A DNA stretch of 64,000 bases, taken from assembly GCA_036677445.1 (NCBI GenBank), contig JAVBWI010000027.1, positions 21,453 through 85,452 of the forward strand. Reading direction: 5' to 3'. The notes beneath the pieces were generated by a model, which had not been told where the DNA came from, searched no databases, and was given only the letters and a program-made list of their open reading frames with translations. The stretch's first letter is position 1. Each line of letters begins with the position of its first letter. This document shows positions 55,815-64,000 of this stretch, piece by piece. Position numbers and translations under genes: made by a program. Source of the DNA: Clostridia bacterium. GTDB taxonomy: Bacteria; Bacillota; Clostridia; Christensenellales; CAG-138.

Positions 55815-57635
55815 ATGCTAGGTTCACGAATCAAGGCGATCAGCCTGATACTTTCACTGATGCTCCTGGTATCGGCCTGCGCGGGCACAACCGTACCCGC
55901 AACAGCAACGCCTGCGGCTGAGCCGGCCGCGGCGCCTGAGACGATGCCGGAAGCGGTCGCCTATACCCCCGGTACGTATACGGCGGTAAGCACCGGGCAC
56001 AACGGCGAGATGACTGTGGAAACAAAGTTCAGCGAGAATGAGATCGTTTCCGTCAAGGTGCTGGAAAGCGCCGAAACCGCGCACATTTTCCGCGCGGCAG
56101 CCGAACGGATCCCGGCGGCCATCGTACAAGGCCAGACCCTCAACGTCGACACGGTATCCGGCGCCACCATCTCGCGCGCGGCCATTTTGAGCGCGGTAGC
56201 CGACTGCGTCAGGCAGGCGGGCGGCAACGACGAGTCGTTGCGCAATAAAGAACTCGCGCCGGTTACAAAGAACGCGGACCAAACGCTCGAAACACAGGTG
56301 CTGGTGGTGGGCAGCGGCATCGCAGGGCTTTCCGCGGCCATCGAGGCCGCCGGTAACGGCGCCAAAGTGCTGCTGCTTGAAAAGCTCGCGGTCATAGGCG
56401 GCAGCTCCTCCATCAGCGGCGGCAAGCTGCAGGCTTCCGAATCCTTCGTTATGAAGGCGGACGGCATTGAGGATACCAAAGAGGCCTTTGCCAAATACCT
56501 GATGGATTGCGCGCGCGACCTTGCCGACCCGGAAATGATAGAAGCCATCGCGTACAATTCGGCGGACAACGTACAGTGGCTCTCGGACCTGGGCGTACAG
56601 TTCATGCCCGACCTTGTGGCGCTGCACCCCTACCGTACCCCGTGGCGCGGGCATCTTCCCGTTGAGCAGAAGGGCTACGGCTACACGACCCCCATGGAAG
56701 AAAAAGCGCGCGCGCTGGGTGTGGAAATCCTTACGGAAACGCCGGCCAAATCCCTCATCATGGAAGACGGCAAAGTGGTTGGTGTGAACGCGCAGGATAA
56801 AACAGGCGCGGCGGTCGCCATCAAGGCCGGCGCCGTTATCTTAGCGACCGGCGGCTTTGACCGCAGCCCGGAACTGATGGAGCTGTATTCGCCCCTGATT
56901 AAAGACCATACGTCCTCCGGCGTGGTGGGCAATACCGGAGACGGCCTCATCATGGCGCGGGACGCGGGTGCGGAAATCATCGCCCGTTCTGGCGCTATAG
57001 GCAACTGCCTGGATACCACATTCACGTATATGACCAACACCAACGGCGGCAGCTACCAGGCGGCCTCCACCGGCTTGTTCGTAGCGGGCGAGGGTAGGCG
57101 TTTTGTGGATGAAAACAACTTCAGCTTTGCGCGTACGGCAGCCATGCTGGATAACGGGTATACCTGTTTCTACAGCATATTCGACCAAAAGAGCTATGTG
57201 GACGCTTTGGAACGCGCTATTTCCATGCAGCGCGCATTCAAGGCCGACAGCATGGAAGAGCTGGCGGGCATGACCGGTATGAATCCCGCCGTACTTTCCG
57301 AAACGGTAACGCGCTATAACGAGCTCTGCGCAGCCGGGGAAGACAAGGATTTTCATAAGCCCGCTCAGTTCCTCACCCCCGTGGATCAGGGTCCCTATTA
57401 TGCGCTGCTCCATACGTACGTGGTATCCGGCACGTTCGGCGGCCCCAGGATCAACATGGACGGCCAGGTGATCAATACCGCGGGCGAGCCCATTCCCGGC
57501 CTTTATGCCGCAGGCGAGGTTGCGAACGGCCAGTTCCTCTGCTATGAATACCCGGGCAGCGGATCGGCGCTGATTTCCTACCTGACGTTCGGCAGGCTCG
57601 CGGGCGCGGCGGCCGCCAAAACGGCAATCGGCTGA
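55815..57635 (+). CDS. Lipoprotein: FMN-binding (flavinylation) domain plus flavocytochrome c / FAD_binding_2 oxidoreductase
   Basis: Lipobox VSAC; VDTVSGATIS motif; GSGIAGLSAA, LEK, ATGGF, GNTGDG, PGLYAAGE. Confidence 0.9.
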   Translation: MLGSRIKAISLILSLMLLVSACAGTTVPATATPAAEPAAAPETMPEAVAYTPGTYTAVSTGHNGEMTVETKFSENEIVSVKVLESAETAHIFRAAAERIPAAIVQGQTLNVDTVSGATISRAAILSAVADCVRQAGGNDESLRNKELAPVTKNADQTLETQVLVVGSGIAGLSAAIEAAGNGAKVLLLEKLAVIGGSSSISGGKLQASESFVMKADGIEDTKEAFAKYLMDCARDLADPEMIEAIAYNSADNVQWLSDLGVQFMPDLVALHPYRTPWRGHLPVEQKGYGYTTPMEEKARALGVEILTETPAKSLIMEDGKVVGVNAQDKTGAAVAIKAGAVILATGGFDRSPELMELYSPLIKDHTSSGVVGNTGDGLIMARDAGAEIIARSGAIGNCLDTTFTYMTNTNGGSYQAASTGLFVAGEGRRFVDENNFSFARTAAMLDNGYTCFYSIFDQKSYVDALERAISMQRAFKADSMEELAGMTGMNPAVLSETVTRYNELCAAGEDKDFHKPAQFLTPVDQGPYYALLHTYVVSGTFGGPRINMDGQVINTAGEPIPGLYAAGEVANGQFLCYEYPGSGSALISYLTFGRLAGAAAAKTAIG

Positions 57636-57656
57636 TCCACAATTGCAGCAAAAACG

Positions 57657-57681
57657 CAAGGCGACCATATTGGTCGCCTTG
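57657..57681. terminator. Inverted repeat between convergent reductase and kinase genes
   Basis: CAAGGCGACC-ATATT-GGTCGCCTTG. Confidence 0.6.
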
Positions 57682-57685
57682 TATG

Positions 57686-59185
57686 TTAATCAAGTGCGGG
57701 CAGGCAGATGAGGAATGTGCTGCCTTCCCCCTGGGCACTATGCACCCGGATATCGCCGCCGTGGCTTTGCACGATGCTTTGCGCGATAGACAGCCCCAGG
57801 CCGGTGGATTCCGGGTTGCCTTTGCGGGCATTGTGATAATACCGGTCAAACAAATACGGAAGCTCCGCCGCGGGGATACCGGGGCCGGTATCCTGGACGG
57901 CGATGCACCCGCCGTCCCCGTCGAAGGCGCATTCTATTTCAATGCGGCCGCCTGCGGGCGTGTAGTGCAGCGCGTTCTCTAAAAGGTTCTGCAGGGCCTG
58001 CTGCAGGCGGAAGCTGTCGCCCAGTATATTGCCGTCGGACTTCACCCGAAGCTCCACCGCAATATCCTTTGCGCGCGCCGCAAGCCGGGCGCTTTCATAT
58101 GCGCCGCGGCAAAGCCGCGAAAGCGAAAGCGCCTCATGCTCGAATGTGACCTTGCCTTCCTCAAGCTTGGCGATGAGGAAAAGATCCTCGATCAGGCGGC
58201 TTAAGAACTCCAGGCGCTCCTGCATGTTCAGCTTGCGCTGCGCGTCGCCTTCGTTATGCGTTTCCAGCATGTCCGTATAGCCGCGCAGCACGAAAAGCGG
58301 GCTGCGCAGGTCATGGAAGATATTGAGCATCAGGGAATGCTTGCGCTTCTGCTCGGCCACGATTTTGGCGTTGGTTTGGGCAAGCTCCGCGGTGCGCGCA
58401 GCCACCTTGGCGTCCAGGTTGGCGTTGGCCTTGGCCAGCTCCGCCACAAGGCGGTCGCTTTCGTTGAACTTGCTTACGAATTTGTGGTTGATGACAAGCA
58501 GGCAGGCCACCACGAACACCAGAAAGTCCATCTGCGAAGCCGTAACGTAGGCAAACACCGTTTCCATGGGCAGCGTCCCCTGATTGACCATGGAAAGGTA
58601 ACTGCGCAGGCCGTACCGCGCGGCCATACCGAACAGCAGCACATAGGCGAGGGGCTTTTCATCATGAGCGGCCAGCACCAGGCAGATAAGCCCCGCAAAA
58701 TACGGCATATTCGCCAGCATGATCTGCAATAGCGTACCCGGTATCGTATAGCGAAGCAGCAGCAGAAAGCCGTACAGGAGCATGAGCCCCAAGGGGGAAA
58801 GCAGGAAATTCCAGCTTCCGGGAAGGGAAGAGTTGGTCAGCCAGAAGCACAGCGCGTAGCAAATGACCACCGTGAATATATCCAGCGGCAGCTTCAGCCA
58901 GTGAAGACTGTCCTCCATCAGCCCGACGGAGGCGGAAAGCGTCCGTACAAAAGCGATGGCAGCCAGCACAAACAGCCATAAAAGGTAAGTTTCACTGCGT
59001 TTTTGCAGATACAGCGACAGGCTGTAAATGGTAATCAGAAAGCAGGCGCCGCAGGAAAATGTGTTGACCCAGCCCGGGGACAGCGCACCCACAGGCAGCG
59101 CCAGGCCGGAGAGCATGATGCAGCCGTATTGGAACAGGTATTCCACCGCCAGAAAGAAACAGATGGGAGGCAATGCTTTGCGCAT
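57686..59185 (-). CDS. Multi-TM sensor histidine kinase
   Basis: Several TM helices then coiled coil, FHDLRSPL H-box, QNLLENAL, DTGPGI, GLGLSI; GAGGG RBS. Confidence 0.92.
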   Translation of the reverse strand: MRKALPPICFFLAVEYLFQYGCIMLSGLALPVGALSPGWVNTFSCGACFLITIYSLSLYLQKRSETYLLWLFVLAAIAFVRTLSASVGLMEDSLHWLKLPLDIFTVVICYALCFWLTNSSLPGSWNFLLSPLGLMLLYGFLLLLRYTIPGTLLQIMLANMPYFAGLICLVLAAHDEKPLAYVLLFGMAARYGLRSYLSMVNQGTLPMETVFAYVTASQMDFLVFVVACLLVINHKFVSKFNESDRLVAELAKANANLDAKVAARTAELAQTNAKIVAEQKRKHSLMLNIFHDLRSPLFVLRGYTDMLETHNEGDAQRKLNMQERLEFLSRLIEDLFLIAKLEEGKVTFEHEALSLSRLCRGAYESARLAARAKDIAVELRVKSDGNILGDSFRLQQALQNLLENALHYTPAGGRIEIECAFDGDGGCIAVQDTGPGIPAAELPYLFDRYYHNARKGNPESTGLGLSIAQSIVQSHGGDIRVHSAQGEGSTFLICLPALD

Positions 59186-59204
59186 TTGTACGCCCTCCGA
59201 TATA

Positions 59205-59220
59205 ATACTATGCATAGTAT
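59205..59220. promoter_or_regulatory. Perfect 16 bp palindrome in the divergent HK/RR intergenic region
   Basis: ATACTATGCATAGTAT, overlapping a TATAAT. Confidence 0.55.
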
Positions 59221-59242
59221 ACCATACAGAAAGGACAGCGCC

Positions 59243-59965
59243 ATGATCCGTGTACTGTTGGTTGAGGACGACGGAAGCATCGCCGAAATCATACGCTATT
59301 ACCTGAAGCAAAGCGGGGAATACGAAGTCACCGTGGCGCCGGATGCGTCCGCGGCCCTGACGAAGGCGCAGGCGGAAGCGTTCGACGTGATTCTCCTGGA
59401 TGTGATGCTGCCGGATACGGACGGCGTGGAGCTGTGCACGCACTTTAGGGAAAAGCTGTATTGCCCCATTATTTTTATTTCCTGCATCGACGATGAGGAG
59501 ACAATCATCCGCGCGCTGCGTATGGGTGGAGACGATTATCTGGTAAAGCCCTTCAACTGTGAAATGCTGCAGGCCCGCATGGAGGCAAACCTCCGGCGCG
59601 TACGGATGGAGCAGCGCCACGAGGTGCCCGAGCGTATCGTATTTGCGCGGTTTTGTGTGGATACGAAAAAACACAGCGTTGAAAAAGACGGGAAAAGAAA
59701 AGACCTTTCCCCCATCGAATACAACCTTCTGCAGTTTTTTATCAGCCATCCGGAAACGAATTTCACGCTCAGCGCGCTGTATGAAAAGATATGGGGCCGC
59801 CCCAGCCTGGGCGATGTGCGCACGGTGATGGTACACATTCACAATTTGCGCAAAAAGATCGAAGACGATCCCAATAACCCGGAATATCTGTGCAGCATCC
59901 GGGGAAAGGGATACGTGTTTCATGCGGCCGGAGGGCAGGAGGGCCCTTCCCGGCAACTTCTTTAA
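59243..59965 (+). CDS. OmpR-family response regulator
   Basis: LLVEDD, ILLDVMLP, DDYLVKPF, winged helix (RTVMVHIHNLRKKIE, RGKGY). Confidence 0.95.
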   Translation: MIRVLLVEDDGSIAEIIRYYLKQSGEYEVTVAPDASAALTKAQAEAFDVILLDVMLPDTDGVELCTHFREKLYCPIIFISCIDDEETIIRALRMGGDDYLVKPFNCEMLQARMEANLRRVRMEQRHEVPERIVFARFCVDTKKHSVEKDGKRKDLSPIEYNLLQFFISHPETNFTLSALYEKIWGRPSLGDVRTVMVHIHNLRKKIEDDPNNPEYLCSIRGKGYVFHAAGGQEGPSRQLL

Positions 59966-60026
59966 CAAATCATTCGATCAGGCCGCAACGGCCTTCTTTC
60001 TTCTTCATCTATTACACAGCTTATTG

Positions 60027-61175
60027 TTATTGCGCATTTTGCGCATCCCCCATCGCCTGCGCCATGCGCGCATAAAACGCATTTTTGCCTGCGGCGTCGC
60101 CCGTGAGCGCGGTTTGCGCCTCCTGCAGCAACGCGTCGTAATGCTGCTGCCACAGCGCGGGCCTGGGGCAAACCGGCGTGCGGTACGCGTTATAGAAGGT
60201 TTGCAGCTGTCCGTCCGCATAGTGCAGGTCTTCTGTATGCGCCACGGCGGGCAGCGCGCCCAGCGCCGTTACTTTCGCCTGCGACTGTTCCCCGAGCAGC
60301 AGCGTAATGAGCCCCGCGGCATGTTCGGCAAACCCGCCCTGCGCGCCGGCGTCGATGCCGATATACTGTACCTGCTCGGTAAACCCGCCAAGCGGCAGCG
60401 CGTCAAAAGTGAAACCGCCGGACGCCATTTTGCGGGATAAGTCGCCGAACGCCCGCCCGTCGCCGATCATGAACGGCACCTGCCCCGCCTTGAAATCCCC
60501 TTCCTGCGCCATGGCGCCCGTTAGCCCCATACGCGCGGCAACGATGGGAGGCGCGCACAGCGCGCCGTAGCGCGTTGTGGAACGCGAATCCATCGCCGCC
60601 TGCAGCACGTCCGCAAGCGCGGAGGGCTCCCCCGCCTTCACCGGCGCCGCCGCGCCCACTTCCGGCCAGGCTAGCCCCAGTTCCTGCACCAGCACGGTGT
60701 TGCCCAGCAAAAAATAGCCGCTGTACAGGTATGGCGCGGCATACGCCGTACCCTCGGAGGACAGCGGCAGCATATTGCCCGCGAAGGCGGGCAGCGTGAG
60801 CGAAAGCGGAGCAAACTGCTCCGCCGTGAGCTCGCCCATGGGGAATGACCACGCATCCGGACGCTCGCCGCGGGAAAGGCGCTCCTGCACGGCCTCGGCG
60901 GTCAGCCCCAGCACCTCGATGTATACGCCCGCGTGCGCGCGCTCATACTGGGAAGCGACGTTTTCCAAATAAGACGTGATGCTTCCCTGGCAGGTCTTAA
61001 ACCCCACCACATGCCATACCGTGATGACGCCGCTCCACGCTTCCTTTTCGCCGGAGAGCCATTCGCGGTAATAATTGCGCCCCAGCGCCCCTTCCAGATA
61101 GGGCGGCGCAAACACAAGAAACGCCACCAGTATGGCGGCCACCGCCGCACGCAGCACCAGCGTGAATCCCTTCAT
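60027..61175 (-). CDS. Membrane-anchored hypothetical protein, extracellular solute-binding-like
   Basis: GGAGGG RBS, N-terminal TM, GVITVWHV..YERAHAGVYIEV pattern; possible in-frame TTG at 61232. Confidence 0.65.
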   Translation of the reverse strand: MKGFTLVLRAAVAAILVAFLVFAPPYLEGALGRNYYREWLSGEKEAWSGVITVWHVVGFKTCQGSITSYLENVASQYERAHAGVYIEVLGLTAEAVQERLSRGERPDAWSFPMGELTAEQFAPLSLTLPAFAGNMLPLSSEGTAYAAPYLYSGYFLLGNTVLVQELGLAWPEVGAAAPVKAGEPSALADVLQAAMDSRSTTRYGALCAPPIVAARMGLTGAMAQEGDFKAGQVPFMIGDGRAFGDLSRKMASGGFTFDALPLGGFTEQVQYIGIDAGAQGGFAEHAAGLITLLLGEQSQAKVTALGALPAVAHTEDLHYADGQLQTFYNAYRTPVCPRPALWQQHYDALLQEAQTALTGDAAGKNAFYARMAQAMGDAQNAQ

Positions 61176-61214
61176 GTCTGTCCCCCCCTCCGAGGCGTTT
61201 ACGCTCGTTTCAAT

Positions 61215-61418
61215 GTATGGCGGATCGTGCAAAAGAATACCCCCTCCGCATACACCCGCCAGTACAAGAGGCGGGTAAAAACGTATGGCGCATCGTGCAA
61301 AAGAATACCCCCTCCGCCTGCACCCGCCAGAACAGGAGACGGGTGAAAACGTATGGCGCGCCGCGCAAAAGAATACCCCCTCCGCCTGCGTCCGCCCGGA
61401 CAAGGGACGGTAAAAAGG
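61215..61418. repeat. Three tandem 68 bp repeats
   Basis: Units start at 61215, 61283 and 61351; invariant 21-mer GCAAAAGAATACCCCCTCCGC; a hairpin in each unit. Confidence 0.95.
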
Positions 61419-61509
61419 GCTGGAAAATATTTTCGCGCCGTGTATAAGGCGCCTTGCACAGGGGCATACTGCATGTGGGGGAGTCCGTTTTTCACCTTTC
61501 CGAAATCCA

Positions 61510-61582
61510 TTCGACAAGCAAAGTGCAATTGAGACAGAAGCCCCCGCCTTTTTACAAAGGAGCGGGGAAATGGACAGAGAAT
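61510..61582 (+). promoter_or_regulatory. Spo0A box and sigma-H-like promoter of spoIIA
   Basis: TTCGACA (reverse complement of TGTCGAA) at 61510-61516; AGGA(61558)-17 bp-GAAT(61579). Confidence 0.6.
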
Positions 61583-61657
61583 AAAAGATAGGCTTGTCCT
61601 AAAAGGCAGGCAATGATCAGGCAGGCCGGGCATGCGCCCGGTGAAGGAGGCGATACG

Positions 61658-61963
61658 ATGGAACTCAACGCCACCCGTAAAGGGCAGCGTGTCAAGGTCC
61701 AGCTTTCGGGGGAGCTTGACCACCACAGCGCGGAATCCGTCCGCGGAGCGCTGGACGCGCTCATTTCCGACCCGATGGTGCGGGAACTGGTGCTGGACAT
61801 GTCCGGTGTGCAATTTATGGACAGTTCCGGCCTTGGTGTGATACTTGGGCGCTACCGCACGCTCACGGAACGGGGAGGGCGGCTGCTCCTAAGCGGCGTA
61901 CCCGTCCCAATCGACCGGATATTCCGCATATCCGGCCTGTACGCGCTGGTAGAGCGGGCGTAA
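61658..61963 (+). CDS. spoIIAA: Anti-anti-sigma F factor
   Basis: LSGELDHHSAE, FMDSSGLGVILGRY. Confidence 0.95.
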   Translation: MELNATRKGQRVKVQLSGELDHHSAESVRGALDALISDPMVRELVLDMSGVQFMDSSGLGVILGRYRTLTERGGRLLLSGVPVPIDRIFRISGLYALVERA

Positions 61964-61998
61964 CGCAAAAAAGCTAATCGACTGGGGAAAAGAGGGGT

Positions 61999-62439
61999 AT
62001 GGACATGCATGACAACCAGATGCACCTGCAATTTATGAGTCTGTCACAAAACGAAGCGTTCGCACGCTCGGTCGCCGGCGCGTTTCTCACACAGCTCAAC
62101 CCGACGCTGGAGGAGCTGACCGACGTGCGCACGGCGGTATCCGAAGCCGTGACCAACGCGATTATACACGGCTACGGCAACGGGCCGGGCATGATCACGC
62201 TCGAAGGCTATCTCAAGGAGAACTGCTGTACGCTGGTGGTGCGCGACGCCGGCATCGGCATACCCGATGTGGAGCTTGCGCGGCAGCCGTTTTACACCTC
62301 GCACCCGGAGCTGGAACGTTCCGGCATGGGCTTCACGCTGATGGAAACGTTCATGGACGAAGTAAGCGTGGACTCCCGTGTGGGGGAGGGCACCACCGTC
62401 ACCATGAAAAAGACCATCAAGAGGCAGGAATCGGCATGA
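61999..62439 (+). CDS. spoIIAB: Anti-sigma F factor
   Basis: NEAFARS, AVSEAVTNAIIHGY, ERSGMGFT. Confidence 0.97.
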   Translation: MDMHDNQMHLQFMSLSQNEAFARSVAGAFLTQLNPTLEELTDVRTAVSEAVTNAIIHGYGNGPGMITLEGYLKENCCTLVVRDAGIGIPDVELARQPFYTSHPELERSGMGFTLMETFMDEVSVDSRVGEGTTVTMKKTIKRQESA

Positions 62440-63176
62440 TGGACGCGGCACCGCTGCCCCACGAGGAGGTATTGGCGCTCATCCGCGCGACGCAGGCGGG
62501 CGATGAGACGGCGATGGACGCCCTTGTCCGGCACAACACGGCGCTGGTCAAATCCATCGTGAAAAAATACCTTGGCAGGGGCGTGGAATTTGACGACCTG
62601 TTCCAGATCGGCTGCCTGGGATTGGTAAAAGCCATACAGAATTACGACGAGCAGTTTAACGTCCGCTTTTCCACCTATGCCGTACCCATGATCGCGGGCG
62701 AGATCAAGCGGTTTCTCCGGGACGACGGCATGATCAAGGTCAGCCGCTCCATAAAGGAGCTGGCGACCCGCGCCGCCGCGGCGCAGGAGCGGCTCAGGCG
62801 CACGCTGGGCGGCGACCCCGGCATACTGGAGCTTGCGCGCGAGGTGGACGCGGAGCCGGAGGATATCGCCGTGGCGCTGGAGGCGGTGCGCCCACATGTG
62901 TCGCTTTACGAGCATGTGTACGACGACGGCTCGGAGGCGACGCTTTTAGACCGTATGCAGCAGACAGGCGGCGGCGAGGATACGGGCGTGGTGGACCGTA
63001 TATTGCTCAAGGAGCTGTTGGGCCAGTTGGAGGCGCGCGAGCGCCAGTTGATCGTGCTCAGGTACTTTCAGGACAAAACGCAGTCCGAAATCGCGCGGCT
63101 CATGGGCGTTTCGCAGGTGCAGATTTCCCGGCTGGAAAACCGCATTATAAGCAAATTAAGGGATGCGGCGCACTGA
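62436..63176 (+). CDS. sigF: RNA polymerase sporulation sigma factor F
   Basis: DDLFQIGCLGLVKAI, FSTYAVPMIAGEIKRFLRDDG, YFQDKTQSEIA..SQVQISR; follows spoIIAB. Confidence 0.95.
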   Translation: MMDAAPLPHEEVLALIRATQAGDETAMDALVRHNTALVKSIVKKYLGRGVEFDDLFQIGCLGLVKAIQNYDEQFNVRFSTYAVPMIAGEIKRFLRDDGMIKVSRSIKELATRAAAAQERLRRTLGGDPGILELAREVDAEPEDIAVALEAVRPHVSLYEHVYDDGSEATLLDRMQQTGGGEDTGVVDRILLKELLGQLEARERQLIVLRYFQDKTQSEIARLMGVSQVQISRLENRIISKLRDAAH

Positions 63177-63364
63177 TACGCGCCGCAATCCGGTCGCAAC
63201 CGGAAAAAACCGGTGCGGTTCGCGGCGGCCGATGTTTGCTTGATTTTTGCTGCTTTTTTAACAAAGGGTGCAATCCGTGCGGCGTGCCGTCCCTTACCAT
63301 ATACGCGCAGTCCGTCTTCAAAAATATGCCAATATTCCATAACTAACGCGAATATGAAGCGCCG

Positions 63365-63393
63365 TTGACAAAACTTTTCCTTTCTGCAATGAT
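63365..63393 (+). promoter_or_regulatory. Putative sigma-A promoter of hppA
   Basis: TTGACA-17 bp-AATGAT with TG extension. Confidence 0.5.
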
Positions 63394-63526
63394 AGTGTTG
63401 TGCGTATCTAAATGCTCCCTTTCACGTACACATATACTATCCATCAGCACGGGCAGGTAAGCCGCGGGCGCTGTTTTGTGCGCCGTGCGGATCAGATTAT
63501 AAAAATTAAAAGGAGGCCAACGAAAT

Positions 63527-64000
63527 ATGATTGTGCTGTATGCCGCAATTGCGGTCGCTGTTGCTGCGCTCTTTGCAGCGATGCTCTTCTTCCGTTCAAA
63601 CGGACGCATACGCATAGAGAACGCACGGATGGAGGAAATCTCCGGTTACATCCGCACGGGGGCCATGGCGTTTTTGCGGCGCGAGTACCGGGTGATCGCC
63701 CTGTTTGCGGCGGTGCTTTTTCTGGTTCTGCTGTTCATCCCTTCCATGGGCTACAGGGTCGCGACCAGCTTTTTGTTTGGCGCGCTGCTTTCGACAGGCG
63801 CCGGATATGTGGGCATGCGCAGCGCGACCTCCGCCAACGCCCGTACGGCGCAGGCCGCCGCCCAGAGCGAAAGGGCGGCGCTCGACGTCGCTTTTACCGG
63901 CGGCTCCATCATGGGGCTGTGCGTGGTTGGCCTGGGGCTCATGGGCGTGACGGTATGCTATCTGGTATTTGAGGATGCGTCCATACTCACCGGCTTCTCC
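63527..64000 (+). CDS. hppA: Membrane ion-translocating pyrophosphatase, N-terminal part (runs off window)
   Basis: Frame from ATG 63527 reads RMEEISGYIRTGAMAFLRREY..GYVGMRSATSANARTAQAA..AFTGGSIMG; AGGAGG RBS. Confidence 0.93.
   Translation, partial: MIVLYAAIAVAVAALFAAMLFFRSNGRIRIENARMEEISGYIRTGAMAFLRREYRVIALFAAVLFLVLLFIPSMGYRVATSFLFGALLSTGAGYVGMRSATSANARTAQAAAQSERAALDVAFTGGSIMGLCVVGLGLMGVTVCYLVFEDASILTGFS

Noticed and set aside
59186-59968. 260-aa N-terminal extension of the histidine kinase in the ORF track
   Set aside because: It is the antisense of the response regulator; a good RBS and ATG exist at 59185.
61215-61418. CRISPR array
   Set aside because: The would-be spacers are homologous to each other, there are only three units, and no cas genes are in the window.
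1-64000. Prophage, integrase, transposase, tRNA/rRNA or defence island
   Set aside because: No ORF carried recognisable motifs for these, and no tRNA or rRNA sequence was seen by eye.

Overview
64 kb of GC-rich chromosome from a spore-forming Clostridia-like Firmicute. The taxonomy is inferred from spoIIID, spoIIAA-spoIIAB-sigF, a T-box, PurR and PrkC/PrpC. Most of the window is housekeeping: pgm-nagB, glmS, folC, recD2-comF, rpsF-ssb-rpsR, T-box-ileS (type 2), a long minus-strand run murB-rapZ-prpC-prkC-rsgA-rpe-trxB-glmM-nth-obgE-yhbY-purR, the spoIIA operon and the 5' part of hppA. Accessory modules are interspersed: a TetR-controlled radical SAM gene, an L-rhamnose/deoxy-sugar ABC and isomerase cluster with an extra degenerate ABC ATPase, a large Gly-rich sortase-type surface protein, a Cu/Zn SOD, a degenerate GGDEF-EAL membrane protein, two ECF sigma/anti-sigma pairs (one with SH3 domains, beside peptidoglycan enzymes), a lower-GC lipoprotein inserted between obgE and yhbY, and a flavinylated extracytoplasmic flavoprotein reductase with its own two-component system. 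The intergenic DNA carries three families of dispersed multi-hairpin repeats with compensatory base changes (called A, B and C here; every copy within a family has the same orientation) and a 3 x 68 bp tandem array upstream of spoIIA. I found no rRNA, tRNA, CRISPR array, transposase, integrase or prophage. Annotations come from motif recognition by eye; no database searches were run.
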